From assembly GCA_016748015.1 (NCBI GenBank), contig JAAOMT010000591.1, positions 72,160-136,159 of the forward strand: a stretch of DNA of 64,000 bases, written 5' to 3'. Positions 12,176 to 23,639 of this stretch are shown piece by piece. The stretch is from Geosiphon pyriformis uo1. Taxonomy: Eukaryota; Fungi; Glomeromycota. A program made the translations under genes and the position numbers. Within the stretch, counting starts at the first letter, position 1. The number at the start of each line of letters is the position of its first letter. The notes beneath the pieces are model-generated. The model did no database searches and was not told the origin of the DNA. It was given only the letters and a program-made list of their open reading frames with translations.

Positions 12176-13734
12176 TATTTAAAAAAACCATCTATTTGCA
12201 ACTGTTTTTTTTCTTCTTAAACTTTGAGAACAGTATTACAAATTAATGTTCTCAAAGTTTTAAAAAAGTTTGAATCAACTTTTTCACTATACTGCTCTTT
12301 ACAATAGTGTAATGTATCTTCAAGTGCAGTTTTACCTTGATGTGTAGATAGCAAAAACAAAGGTTCATCTTTATCTTTACTTTCTAAATCTTCATTTGCA
12401 TTAAAATTTCCACTATACTTGTTGTTAATAAGATCCACAATTTTATTTTTTGAGACATAAGTAAATAATGGTTTAAACTTGTCAATATTAATGAAGTCTA
12501 TTGCCAATAGCTTGTTAATATCAATATGCTCAATAAGAACTTGTACTTCTTGTAAGAGTTCTTGTTCAATATCTAATGAATGGGCTGACATTTGACTATT
12601 ATTCAGAATTTCCATATAACACCAACAGTTTTGGATTGTAGTTGTTGTTACCACTGACCACACATTAATTAGAAAGTCAACTGCATTCTTTAATGTTACT
12701 GTTAATATTGGAATCTTGTCATCATACTAATTAATAAAATGGAAAAGAAACAACTTTCATTATTGTGTCTTAAAAAATGCAATAATTCCTGTATTTAATA
12801 ATTGCAAATAGGATGTTGTATTGGATGATAGGTATCTAATCATAATATTAGATAATACAGAAGGTTCTTTACCATAGAGACTAGTATTATCAAGCAATAG
12901 CAAAATCTTTTTTTTCTTGCAATGCATTTCTTTATTTAATAAATTAAGCTATTCACTAAAAATATTGGTTTGCATCCATGCTTTTGTATTGTAATGATAA
13001 GTGATTGGAAGTGTATTCATATTAATATTGTAAAAACATCATGGCTTTGTGGCTTTGCCGATAATTAAAGACTGCAATTTAATGCTGTCTGTTGTATTAC
13101 AAGCAAAAAATATGGTAATTTGACTCTTATCATGCTCAGTGCCAGAAATAGATCTTGTTGTCAAAGTTGTATTTGGTGGCATTCTAAAGAATAATGCTGT
13201 CTCATCGGCATTGTAAACATTATTTAGATTATATTCATTGATAATCTCATACAGTTTTTCTTGTTCCTCTGGTAAAATTTCCAAGGGGGCACTGTTTGTT
13301 TTACCATGTATCTTAATGTAGTGCAAATTATGACGTTTTTTGAACTTTTCTAACCAACCATCTGATGCTTTAAAGTTATTTTCTTCTGGAAACTTTTCAG
13401 CAAACTTGAGAGCTTTCATTTGTAAAATTTTTCCAATAAGAATGCAGTTGGTAGCTAGTGCTCCAAGCATCTATTTTCTCAGTACATTATTTATCTTTGG
13501 AAACATCTCTTTCCTGTCCTTTGTTAATTAACCAGAGTTGTCAGATACATTCTTTTCAATCCATCAGTCTGATTTTATGAGTATTTTTGTTACAGTAGAG
13601 CAGTCAATTTTCAGATTAAATATTTTGATAAGTCTATTTGTTGAGTAGTCAAGATGCTTTAGTTTGTACTGGCAGAGAGTCTTTTTAGTTTCCAAGAAGA
13701 TTGTTGTTTACTTTTGGTTTGCGTTTTTTGGCAT
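12176..13734 (-). pseudogene. pogo/CENP-B-like transposase (HTH + DDE_1)
   Basis: FKASDGWLEKFKKRHNL, NVYNADETALFFRMPP, YNTKAWMQTNIF, ILLLLDN, NTTSYLQLLNTGII and C-terminal KKQLQIDGFF; stops and an internal deletion. Confidence 0.9.
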
Positions 13735-14472
13735 GTTAATAAGAATACACTTTTTATTGCATTTTTTTTTTATAATGCATTGATGTATTTGTTATGTTTC
13801 AAACATTATTTTGTCTTATATCTAATTGAATATGTGAGGTGTCTCATGTCATATGAAGTGCCTCAAATTATAGGAAGTATATTAGCATATAAATTAGCCA
13901 ATTAGAGATAGCCATAGTAAATGTGAAATTCCAGGATTTTTCTCAGAGGAATTGCAAGATTCCAGAAATTTCAGAATTCTTATATAAAGAATCACAAGAT
14001 TCCAGAATTCCCAAGATTCTTCTCAAAGAAATTGCAGGATTCCAGGAATTCCAGAATTTTTGATGTAAAAAATTAAGAAATTGAGAAATCTCAATTATGT
14101 ATATATAGCAGTAGTATTAGAAGTAGAAAAAACAGATCTCTCAGTTTAAATTTGATCTAAGCAACCTTTCATATTACAAATAAATAATTATTCACTATCT
14201 TAATCTACTCTCTACTATTGACACTTCATGTTGATAGTAATTGATACTTAACCACATTGGAACAATAGCTCTTGATCATGGCTATTGACAAGATACTAAC
14301 TGACCACCATCTTGGCTTATTTTTTTATTTTATTTTATTTTTTTTGTTATTCTTTTGTTTTACTAAAATTGATTAAGGATTAAGTACTGAAGTACAGATG
14401 TTGTTACTCATAGAATAGAAAAACAGATATAGAAAAATAGTAGACCAATAAAAGAGTAGTAGTTAGCACATG

Positions 14473-14665
14473 AGCACATTGCTCAGCAATGTGGAGCAAT
14501 GTCAAAAAGTATAACACATTGCTCAGCAATGTGAAGCAATGTCAGAAATCACAGCACATTGTTCAACAATGTGGAGTGATGTTAAAAAAATATGGCACAT
14601 TGCTCAGCAATATAAGCATTGCTTGAGAAATTATAGCACATCACTTGGGAATGTGAGTGATTTCA
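14473..14665 (+). repeat. U3 array of five 40-41-bp units with palindromic core CACATTGCTCAGCAATGTG (three units in the 3' LTR, 23725-23835)
   Basis: Cores start at 14475, 14515, 14555, 14596 and 14637; the 80-bp length difference between the two LTRs equals two units. Confidence 0.9.
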
Positions 14666-15287
14666 TAAAACCCAAATTATGTATATATAATGATAGCATT
14701 AGAAGTAAAAAGAACAGATCTCTCAGTTTAAATTTGATCTAAGCAATCTTCCATTAACAAATATCAATAAATAATTATTCACCATCTCAATCCACTCTCC
14801 ACTATCAACACTTCATGTTGATAGTAAGTAATACTTAACCATATGAGAACAATAGCTCTTGATTACAGCTACTGATGAGATACTAACTTGCAATTGCTTT
14901 TATTTATTTCTTTAATTTTTTTCTTTTATTTCTTTTGTTTTGTCATTTCGTTGGTTTTACTAAACTGATTAAAGATTAAGTGCTGAGTTATTAATGTCAA
15001 GGATAGTCTGGTAAAAGACCCCAAAGGAAGGGTATAGGAATTGAGAATTTAAAGATAGCTTACCAGAAGGGCATCTCTGCCAAAATTACCAGCCACCACG
15101 CTGAGAAAAAAATTTGATGGAATTGTGATTCCAGAAGGCTATGGAAAAGACAACACTTGAATCTCTGTCTATTATATAAAAGACACCACAACAAAAACCT
15201 TCAGATATTGACACCAAAATACCAATCCAGCACCAAGTTACAGATTTGTTATTTGATTTGAGACCCCAAATAATCATCTGTAACATT

Positions 15288-15304
15288 TGGTGCTCCCTGT
15301 GAGG
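15288..15304 (+). promoter_or_regulatory. Primer binding site TGGTGCTCCCTGTGAGG (probably tRNA-Ile(UAU)-type)
   Basis: 2 nt after the LTR end; complement is CCUCACAGGGAGCA-CCA, resembling eukaryotic tRNA-Ile(UAU) 3' ends. Related PBSs at 9340, 24750, 34338, 51301 and 59623. Confidence 0.7.
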
Positions 15305-15309
15305 TATAA

Positions 15310-18300
15310 TTCTACAGAGAACCAGCACCAATTACACTTATTCCAAAAGTAGCAGAATCAGAAAGTATAGGAGCAAACCATTTAAGATTCATGAAATTCT
15401 TATTTTAACACTATTGTCAATACTTAGGATTAAACCAAAATCATATATCAGTAGAATCAGCCTTCAATTTCTATGTCAACGAGAGAATTGCATATTTGTT
15501 AGAAACACCAGTAAACACTAAATCAACAAGAGAAACTTTTTACCACAAATTAATCCAAAACACCAGCCTACCAACAAATTATAATTTTGCATCTATCATT
15601 ACTGAGATTAATAAAAAAATTGAACATTACACACAACAAAGATATCCAATCACTTATGCTAGTAAAGATAAAGGAAAATTACAAACACCAATAGTGACAC
15701 CAAAACAAATACAACCATCCACTTGGAAAAAAACCAGAGTTAAATCATCAACAAATCTATCATACTACTATACACCTGGAAGTGCTATCAACATCACATC
15801 AACAGGCATGTCCATATCACACATAACATCAACCTTTGGATGATTCCCATTTTAGAGTAAACAAAGAAAAAAAGATCTTCTAGGACCATATGGCGTGTAT
15901 TTTGAAGGATTTAAGTCCTGATTGCCAATGCCATCAGAACTTTAATCTCTGCCACCCCAACTAAATTTCAGAGCCACAAGTCTCTGGAAAGTAACGAAAT
16001 CGGAAGAAGAACAAGAAAAAGAGGAAGAAGAATCTGAAGATCAAGAATTTACTTACCAAAACCTGATTCCAGAGAACCCAAACATTGAAACCCCAAATTT
16101 CCAGACTCAGCAAAATCTAAATTTTCAAACACAGCCAAATTAGAACAACCAAAACTCCAACTTAATTAATCAACAAAACTTACTTCCTAGAATTATCATT
16201 AATCAGCCACTAGCTAAACCCATATAACAGCCACCCCAACAACCACTTCAACAAATTTATCAGCTGCCTATACCACAATAACAACAACAAATGACATATG
16301 CACCAATTGTGAAGCTCAATAAATTCACTAGCAAAGAAGACAATGCCCAAGTCTGGCTGAATAATGTAGCTAAAGCAATTATAGCTAATAACTGAAACAA
16401 TGCTAGAGCCATGTAAGCAATTTCTTACTTTCTTTAGGACACTGCTGATGCATAGTACTAAAGCTTTGCCATCAAACCCCAAAATTTTAACGAATTCAAA
16501 ACCAAATTCTTAAGGTACTTTAGTAACAATAATAGCATTAACAAGTTAGCCAACACCTTTACCACAATCAAACAAGGAGAAACTGAAGCAGTTACTACTT
16601 ACTTGGGACAGTTCCACAAGAACTTATGCCAAATTCAAGTGATCCAAGCTGACTATTTTACAGTGTCACAAATTCTAAACCAGTTCATCCATGGGTTGTG
16701 CAGTAGTATCTTCCAACATGTATGCCCAATGCACCCACAAACTTTCTAAGATGCAGTTACCAATGCATGAGATTTTGAAGCAGCTAAACTAGAAGCCAAT
16801 CATGCTCAAGCCATAAATCTGGTCATGAATAGATCATCTGAATTGGATTCCAAATTGAAACAATTCAGTGATTCAATTAATCAGAAATTGGAAGAATACT
16901 TAACTGACAATCACGCAACATATCAACCACCACAATGACACAATAATTCCAGAAACACAGATTGTTTCCAGAATTAGTCGCATTCAACATCCTCAATCAA
17001 TCAACAGTAGTAGCAGAAAACGTGTATTTGCTACTATTGTGATAAACAAGGACATTTGCAATTTGAATGTCAAAAAAGAATAAGCAACCAGAGATCAGTT
17101 AATCAGTATTGAAACTCTGATCACCAACTACAAACTCAGAATTACATCAATAATCAATCAAACTCAGCTTTATATCAACAAGATTACTTACTTATAATAC
17201 AGCCAATATATCAAACACCAATAACACAGCAATTATACTCACCTCCAGTCTATCAGCCTCCAGCAGCAATTTATCAACCACAGTCCCAACCCAATTATCA
17301 GCTGCAGTCTTAGATAAATTATCCACCCCAACAACATCAAACACTGCCACAGAACTTACCTCAAAACAAAACTCAAAGATCAAGATTAACACAGCAAAAC
17401 TGGAGATTGTCGATGGTAGTCCATCAACTGATCTCCAGTTCTACAGCACAACCATCAAGATCTTGACCACAGAATTTAGGCACCAGGTATGCCCAAAACC
17501 TGAATTCCCAGAACTATTTAAGTCTCTTGGTTACCCCAGAAGATGTCCCACCCAATAATCTGGAAACCAACCAAAAACAATCACTTACCAACAATATATC
17601 TTTAGCCACCATTACCAATGACGAATTACTAACAGCAATCTTTCCATTCAAACTTGAAAAAAATACACCAGTCCCATTATTCAGTGGAGCCATTCTTGAC
17701 ATCAAACCAATTATCACTATGTATACTAATGTCAAAGTTGATGGCCATTCCATTAAACTGATCCTAGATAGTGGATTAGCTGGCAGCATTATTACAAAGC
17801 AACTCATAAACCAATTAGGTTGCCGAGTTGATCGTGCTGTCAGTGCCAGAATTATAACCACCAATGGAGCAACCAAAACTCTCATTGGTAAGATTGATAA
17901 CTTCTTTATAAAAGTTAATGACATCATCGTACCAATCAAAGTATTAGTTATGAAAGCCACTCAATACCAAGCACTCATTGGTAATGATTGGTTATCTAAA
18001 ACCAATGCATCGTTTGATTGGAATATGCAAGAGCTTCAAATCAGCCAGAACAGACAACACACATGTGTACCAGTCACATGTGACCACTTCATGACCACCA
18101 ACATGACAGCACCACTCATAGAGTTCAAAGAAGAAAAAAAAAAACTTACCTAAGAAGCTTATCAAGTGTCCTGGGCTGGCAAAGAACACAATGAGCTGCC
18201 ACCAGTATCTTTGTGGGACAACAATAACAGGAAAAGAAAAAAAAAAGAAGAACTTACCTGGAACACTGACCAAAACTGGGAAACCCACAACAATCAGGAC

Positions 18301-21300
18301 AAATTATCAACAACCTGGAAATGGGAAGAGAATAAAAAAAAAAAAAAAAAAAAAAGAAAAAGAAGAAAATTCCATACCAACTTCTATTCACCCTACATAT
18401 ATGTACACAACACCACAATCAAGCTATCATTATCCAAAACTCATATGCATCAATTGTGGCAAGAAATTGTTGTTAATGGGTGTGTTGTAGTGATAAGGAA
18501 AAATATTCAACAGTGACCAAATTCTATTGCCACACATGTGTCATAGAATGCTTTGGATGTCCAAAACAAAAAAGGAAATAGGACAATGAACTATGCTTGG
18601 CTTGTGGAAAAACTTTTCTGGACAAAGGAATGTGGAATGACATTCCTGGGCAAGGAGGAATGTGTGACAAATTATGTCAATACATAATTCTCATAAGCAA
18701 CTGGATAAGAAAAGGAATGCCCATAGATGCCATCTGGAGACAAGCTGTCAAATGTCTGAACAAATGTTCACACGACAATAATGAAATCTGGCAAATGGCA
18801 CTTGCCAAAATCAAAGAAGTGACCCCAAAAGAAATAAAAACAATCAAAGACAACCCACCTGAACTTATAAAACTTGACTGAGACCCAGAACCAGTTATAA
18901 ATCTACTAGATCCAGAACAATTCCATAAACACTACTAGGAATTAGCACCCACTAAAGAGAAACAAAAGCAATAGTTGGAAGAAATTAATACTTGGCTATG
19001 TGACCATTGTTTAATTTTCTGTGACTTCCAATATTGTAATGAGTGTGATCTCATTTACAATCCACCACCACACATGATTTACACAATCCCAGAGGAAAAA
19101 GAACTAATCAGCAGCTGTGCATCAGAATTGGAATCAGTTCCCAATTCTGATTCAGACTCTAACAATGATGATGACAAAAATAATGATTCCAGTTCCGTTT
19201 AAAATGGCAATAACAATGACAATGATTCCAATTCAGATTCAAACTTCAATTCAAACTACAAACAATATATTGTACTCCCTGACCTTACTAAGAAGCAGGA
19301 ACTAAAATGGTTCAGTAATAATAATGAAGGTATTATGCCAGAATGCGCACATAATACCAATACAGAGTTTGATCTGAGATATCCAGGGAAAAATCTTATC
19401 AACATTTGCATACTTGCATTAATCTGAAAATAGCACTGGAAATTCCAGCAACAACAATGGTTCAACTAGCATCCAGAAGTAGTTTAGTGAAAAAGGGAAT
19501 TAACATTAAAAGAGAAATAATTGATACAGGATACATAGGAAATATTATTGCTATGCTACAAAATGATTCAAAAAAAGCATATACCATAGATCCAAATGAA
19601 AAGATAGCACAGGTAATATTCCTATCTCTGGTAAAAATAGCTCAATTAATGTCAATGAGAAACAGGAAGAAATTAGGGATTACAGCTAAAGGGATACAGA
19701 GATTCGGATCAACGGGTAGAATAAATATATCAATCAATATAGCAGAGGAAGAAATTGTTGACAAAGGAGAAATTATCTCAACTCGTTAAGTAATTTTCAT
19801 TCCATCATATGACCAGTATATGTTAGCTATAAAAAGAAAAGTGAAAAATCAAGCTCAATTGTTTGAAACAGAAGCCACCATTTGTGAATTAGAAGAGATT
19901 AGACTCACCAATCTCTACATTTCAGCCAACAGCTCCAAAAATATTAAAATTTCCATCCACAACACAACTGAAAATGTCATTGAAATACCAAAGGGAACCA
20001 TTATTGGATATTTAACCACTGAAGTTGAGGATCAACCACCAAACCACATTCCAGATTTTTCACAACTGTGTGGATATGTAGACATTATATCACAAACCAT
20101 CTATGGACAAAGTGAATGCTATCTGCTCTAACCAGAACAATTGGAACAGATAACATGGAAAATCTAGACCCACTCCAACAGATGCAACTAAAGATGTTAC
20201 TCAGCAACTTCAATGATATCTTTGCTAACGAAAATGAATTTGGCCATACCAACATCATCTAACATCAGATCAAAACTGGAGATGCAATGCCAATTAAACA
20301 AAGAACATACAGAGTACCACCAAATTATTTGTCAAGAAATCAATCGAATACTTAACAATAGGCTAATTCAGCCATCAATGAGTCCATGGTTGTCATCAGT
20401 GGTACTAGTCTGGAAGAAGAATGGAAAAATTTGCTTTTGTGTAGATTACTGGAAATTGAATGAAGTAACCAAGGGAGACAGCTACTCAACTCCAAAGATC
20501 CAAGAACTATTCAATGCTTTTGAAGGAAACAAATAGTTCTCGATACTGGATCTAAATAATGGCTACTGGCAAGTAGCTATGGATCCAGCTGACAAAAAAA
20601 AACTGTATTTACAACAAAAGAAGGGAATTTCGAATTTGAAGTCATGCTATTTGGCTTGATGAATGCTTCAGCAACATTCCAATGGCTCATGGAAATCATA
20701 TATACTGGACTACTATAGAAATCAGTAGTTGAATACTTAGAAAACACCAATGTATTCTCAAAAACATTCGATGATCATCTGTATTACCTCCAGCAGGTGT
20801 TTGAAAGACTAAAAAGAGCCAGATTGAAACTAAATGCAATAAAGTGTTTCTTTGAAAAAACTAAACTCAAGTTTTTGGAACATGTTGTAAGCAAAGATGG
20901 TATCAAAACGGATCCAGATAAGATTGCAATAATAAAGAACTTTCCAGTACCAACAAACTTGCCAGAACTAAGGACATTTTTGGGATTTGCAGGCTATTAT
21001 TGCCACTTTATCAAGGACTTTTTCAAACTAGCTCAGCCACTTCACTATCTACAAACCAAAAATATGAAGTATGAATAGACTGAAGCTCAACAAAAAGCAT
21101 TTGACACATTGAGAAGAAAGCTTATTCAAGCTCCAGTGTTAATGTATTCAGACCACAGCAAATCATTCATCATCACTATGGATGCATTAGGTCAAGTATT
21201 GGGAGCAGTACTATCACAAAAAAGACCAGATGGAAGAAAACATCCAGTAGTTTATGCCAGTAGAAGCTTAAGTCCAGCTAAAAAAAACTATGGAACTTCA

Positions 21301-21536
21301 GCATTGGAACACTTAGCTATTTATTGGGCAGTCATGAAATGGAGAAAATACTTGAGCCAAAAATTTGAAATATACACAGATCACAAGGGACTGATTTCAA
21401 TTCAGAAACAAAAATTTGCAGATGATTGCCATGCCAAATAGAAAATAGAACTTTCATCATTTAACTATACAGTATATTATAAAAAGAGAAAAGATAATAG
21501 AAATGCTGATGGATTGTCACAAATGAGACAAATCTA
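15310..21536 (+). pseudogene. Element B gag-pol: N-terminal helical domain, Gag, CCHC knuckle, protease, Cys-rich domain, dUTPase, RT, RNase H
   Basis: CYYCDKQGHLQFEC (~17030); LILDSG (~17760); CINC/CHTC/CLAC and CDHC..C..CNEC; ASRSSL...IIDTGYIGNI...FGSTG (19400-19720); CVDYWKLN, decayed YLDD; DALGQVLGAVL, YTDHKGL. Many stops. Confidence 0.9.
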
Positions 21537-21567
21537 AAAACATTCCAACCCAAAAATATAACAAAAG

Positions 21568-22944
21568 ATGAATATACAAAAATACCAACAACTACAACAT
21601 TATATAAAGACTCAATTGTTCAAGAAAAAATTATTTCAAAAAGAACAAAAAGACATAAAACAACAATCAAAATATTTTATCAACCATCAAAATATACTTT
21701 ACCAGAAAAACAAGAGAAATCCAGATCAACCAACCAGAGTAATCACAGAACCAGAAAAAGAGACAATATTATTCAATATGCATTCAGACCCAACAGCAGG
21801 GCATTTTCACAAAGAAGCAACCATAGAAAGAACTAGAAAAAGATACTATTGACCATCAATATATTCAGATATTATCTAATATGTGCAAAATTATGATATT
21901 TGTTAGAGAAAAGGAAAAGCAAGACCAAGTGAACCATTAAAACCAATCAAAGTGGGACAATCATTTGATCACATTGGAATTGATTTAGTCAGACCATTAA
22001 CAATCACCAGTAGAGGCAACAAATATATTGCAGTAGTCATAGACTATCTCACCAAATGGCCAGAAGCAAAAGCCATTCAAAGAGTAGATGCAGAATCCAT
22101 TGCCGAATTTGTTCATCAAGATTTGATTTGTCGACATGGATGTCCAAAAGAACTATTATCAGATCAAGGAACTTACTTTGTAAACAGAACACTGGCAGAA
22201 TTAAGTCAAAGATTTGGAATTAAAAGACCATTATTATCACCATATCATTCACAAACCAATGGACTAGTTAAAAGATTCAATAGAACATTGTGTAAAGCAA
22301 TTGCCAAAATCAGTCAAGAAAACCAAGACAAATAGGATTTGTTTATACCATCAGTATTATTTGCTTATCAGACAATGAAGCAAGATATCACACAAACAAC
22401 ACCATTTGAACTAGTATATGATAGAACAGCAACATTACCAGTTGAGATAGAGGTCAATACATATTTAACTGAACCAATAATAGAAGATAATTTTCAAGAA
22501 ACATTGTTGAGAAGAACATATGACTTAATGGAAACACTAGAAAACAGACAACAAAAAGCAGCTGACAATATACAAAAGTTACAAGAAAAACAAAAAGAGA
22601 GACACAATAACCAACTATCAGACAAACCAGTTGAATTCAAGATTGGAAACAAAGTACTTTTACATCATACTAAAGTAGAAAAACAATGGAGTGGAAAATT
22701 TGACCCCAAATGGGATGGACCATTTTACATTGAAAAAATTCTTAGAAATGGAGCTTACAAATTAAGATGGGACAACAAAATCTTAGCCAAAGCAGCACAT
22801 GGTGATTGACTGAAACAATATCACCAGATAGCATCATCATCTACTAATAACATTCCACAACTAGGAGTACAAAGAATACTAGTTCAACCAGATGAGATTC
22901 CATGAGATTTGGAACCAATTATAGTTATTGAACCAAACACGTAA
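21568..22944 (+). pseudogene. Element B integrase (HHCC, DDE, GPY/F; no chromodomain)
   Basis: HSDPTAGHF, IGIDLV, DYLTKWPEA, SDQGTYF, PYHSQTNGLVKRFN, KWDGPF. Confidence 0.9.
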
Positions 22945-23003
22945 AATCAAACAACCAGAGAGTATATAAAGACACAGTATACACAACAAAAGCAATCAAG
23001 AAA

Positions 23004-23639
23004 ATGGAAATACCAAATTATTTTCACACTATAGCTCAACAACTATTCTAGGCCTTAAGTCAACAACAGTTAGACATGAAAATTATCATTAACAACCAAA
23101 CAATTTGCTATCAAAACACTAAAAAAAAGACAAAAAACACACCATATTAATAGGTACCAAAGAATGATAAAAACTGGTCAGATAACATAATAGAAAAAGT
23201 AAAGAACACGTTTAGGAAAATATCTATTATAGCACCAACAGAAGAACTTACAAAAAAAAATTGGAAGCAATGGACAGAACAACTTCCAATATCATACTGT
23301 TACTACCAGTTAGGTCAGAAGTTGAATATTCAGGAGTTGTATATTGACAAATCTAAGAGAATATTCAACCAAGACATAATACAACAAATTGAAAAATTTA
23401 TCAGAAAGAAAACAAATTTAACACTACATGTTAGAACAATGTACCGACTACACAACATATTTTGAAACTATCCAGAAATACTGTTACACTCTGACATAAA
23501 AACCATAACCATTAACCAATGAGGAAGAATGAACAATATACAAGTGGAAGATATAAGAAACAGAGTCAAACAAACAATACTTGAAAAAGAAATATTAGAA
23601 TTAATTCAAAATGAAGATTTTGATGAAGCTCAATATTAA
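23004..23639 (+). pseudogene. Element B accessory ORF3 (211 codons, unknown function)
   Basis: MEIPNYFHTIAQQLF...CYYQLGQKLNIQELYIDK...EDFDEAQY*; one frame with five point-mutation stops; TATATAAAG at 22963. Confidence 0.75.

Noticed and set aside
14473-14665. CRISPR-like array of palindromic repeats
   Set aside because: The 'spacers' are homologous to each other, the array lies inside an LTR and recurs in the 3' LTR, there are no cas genes, and the context is eukaryotic.
17514-17960. Recurrent antisense ORFs over protease regions (also 37065-37343, 49006-49245, 61600-61791)
   Set aside because: Shadow frames of the sense coding sequence, with no independent start/stop conservation.
22680-22944. 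Chromodomain at the integrase C-terminus
   Set aside because: Only the GPY/F SH3-like module and a short tail are present; no chromodomain motif seen.
23004-23639. ORF3 as a retroviral env gene
   Set aside because: Too short; no signal peptide, furin site/fusion peptide or TM anchor visible.
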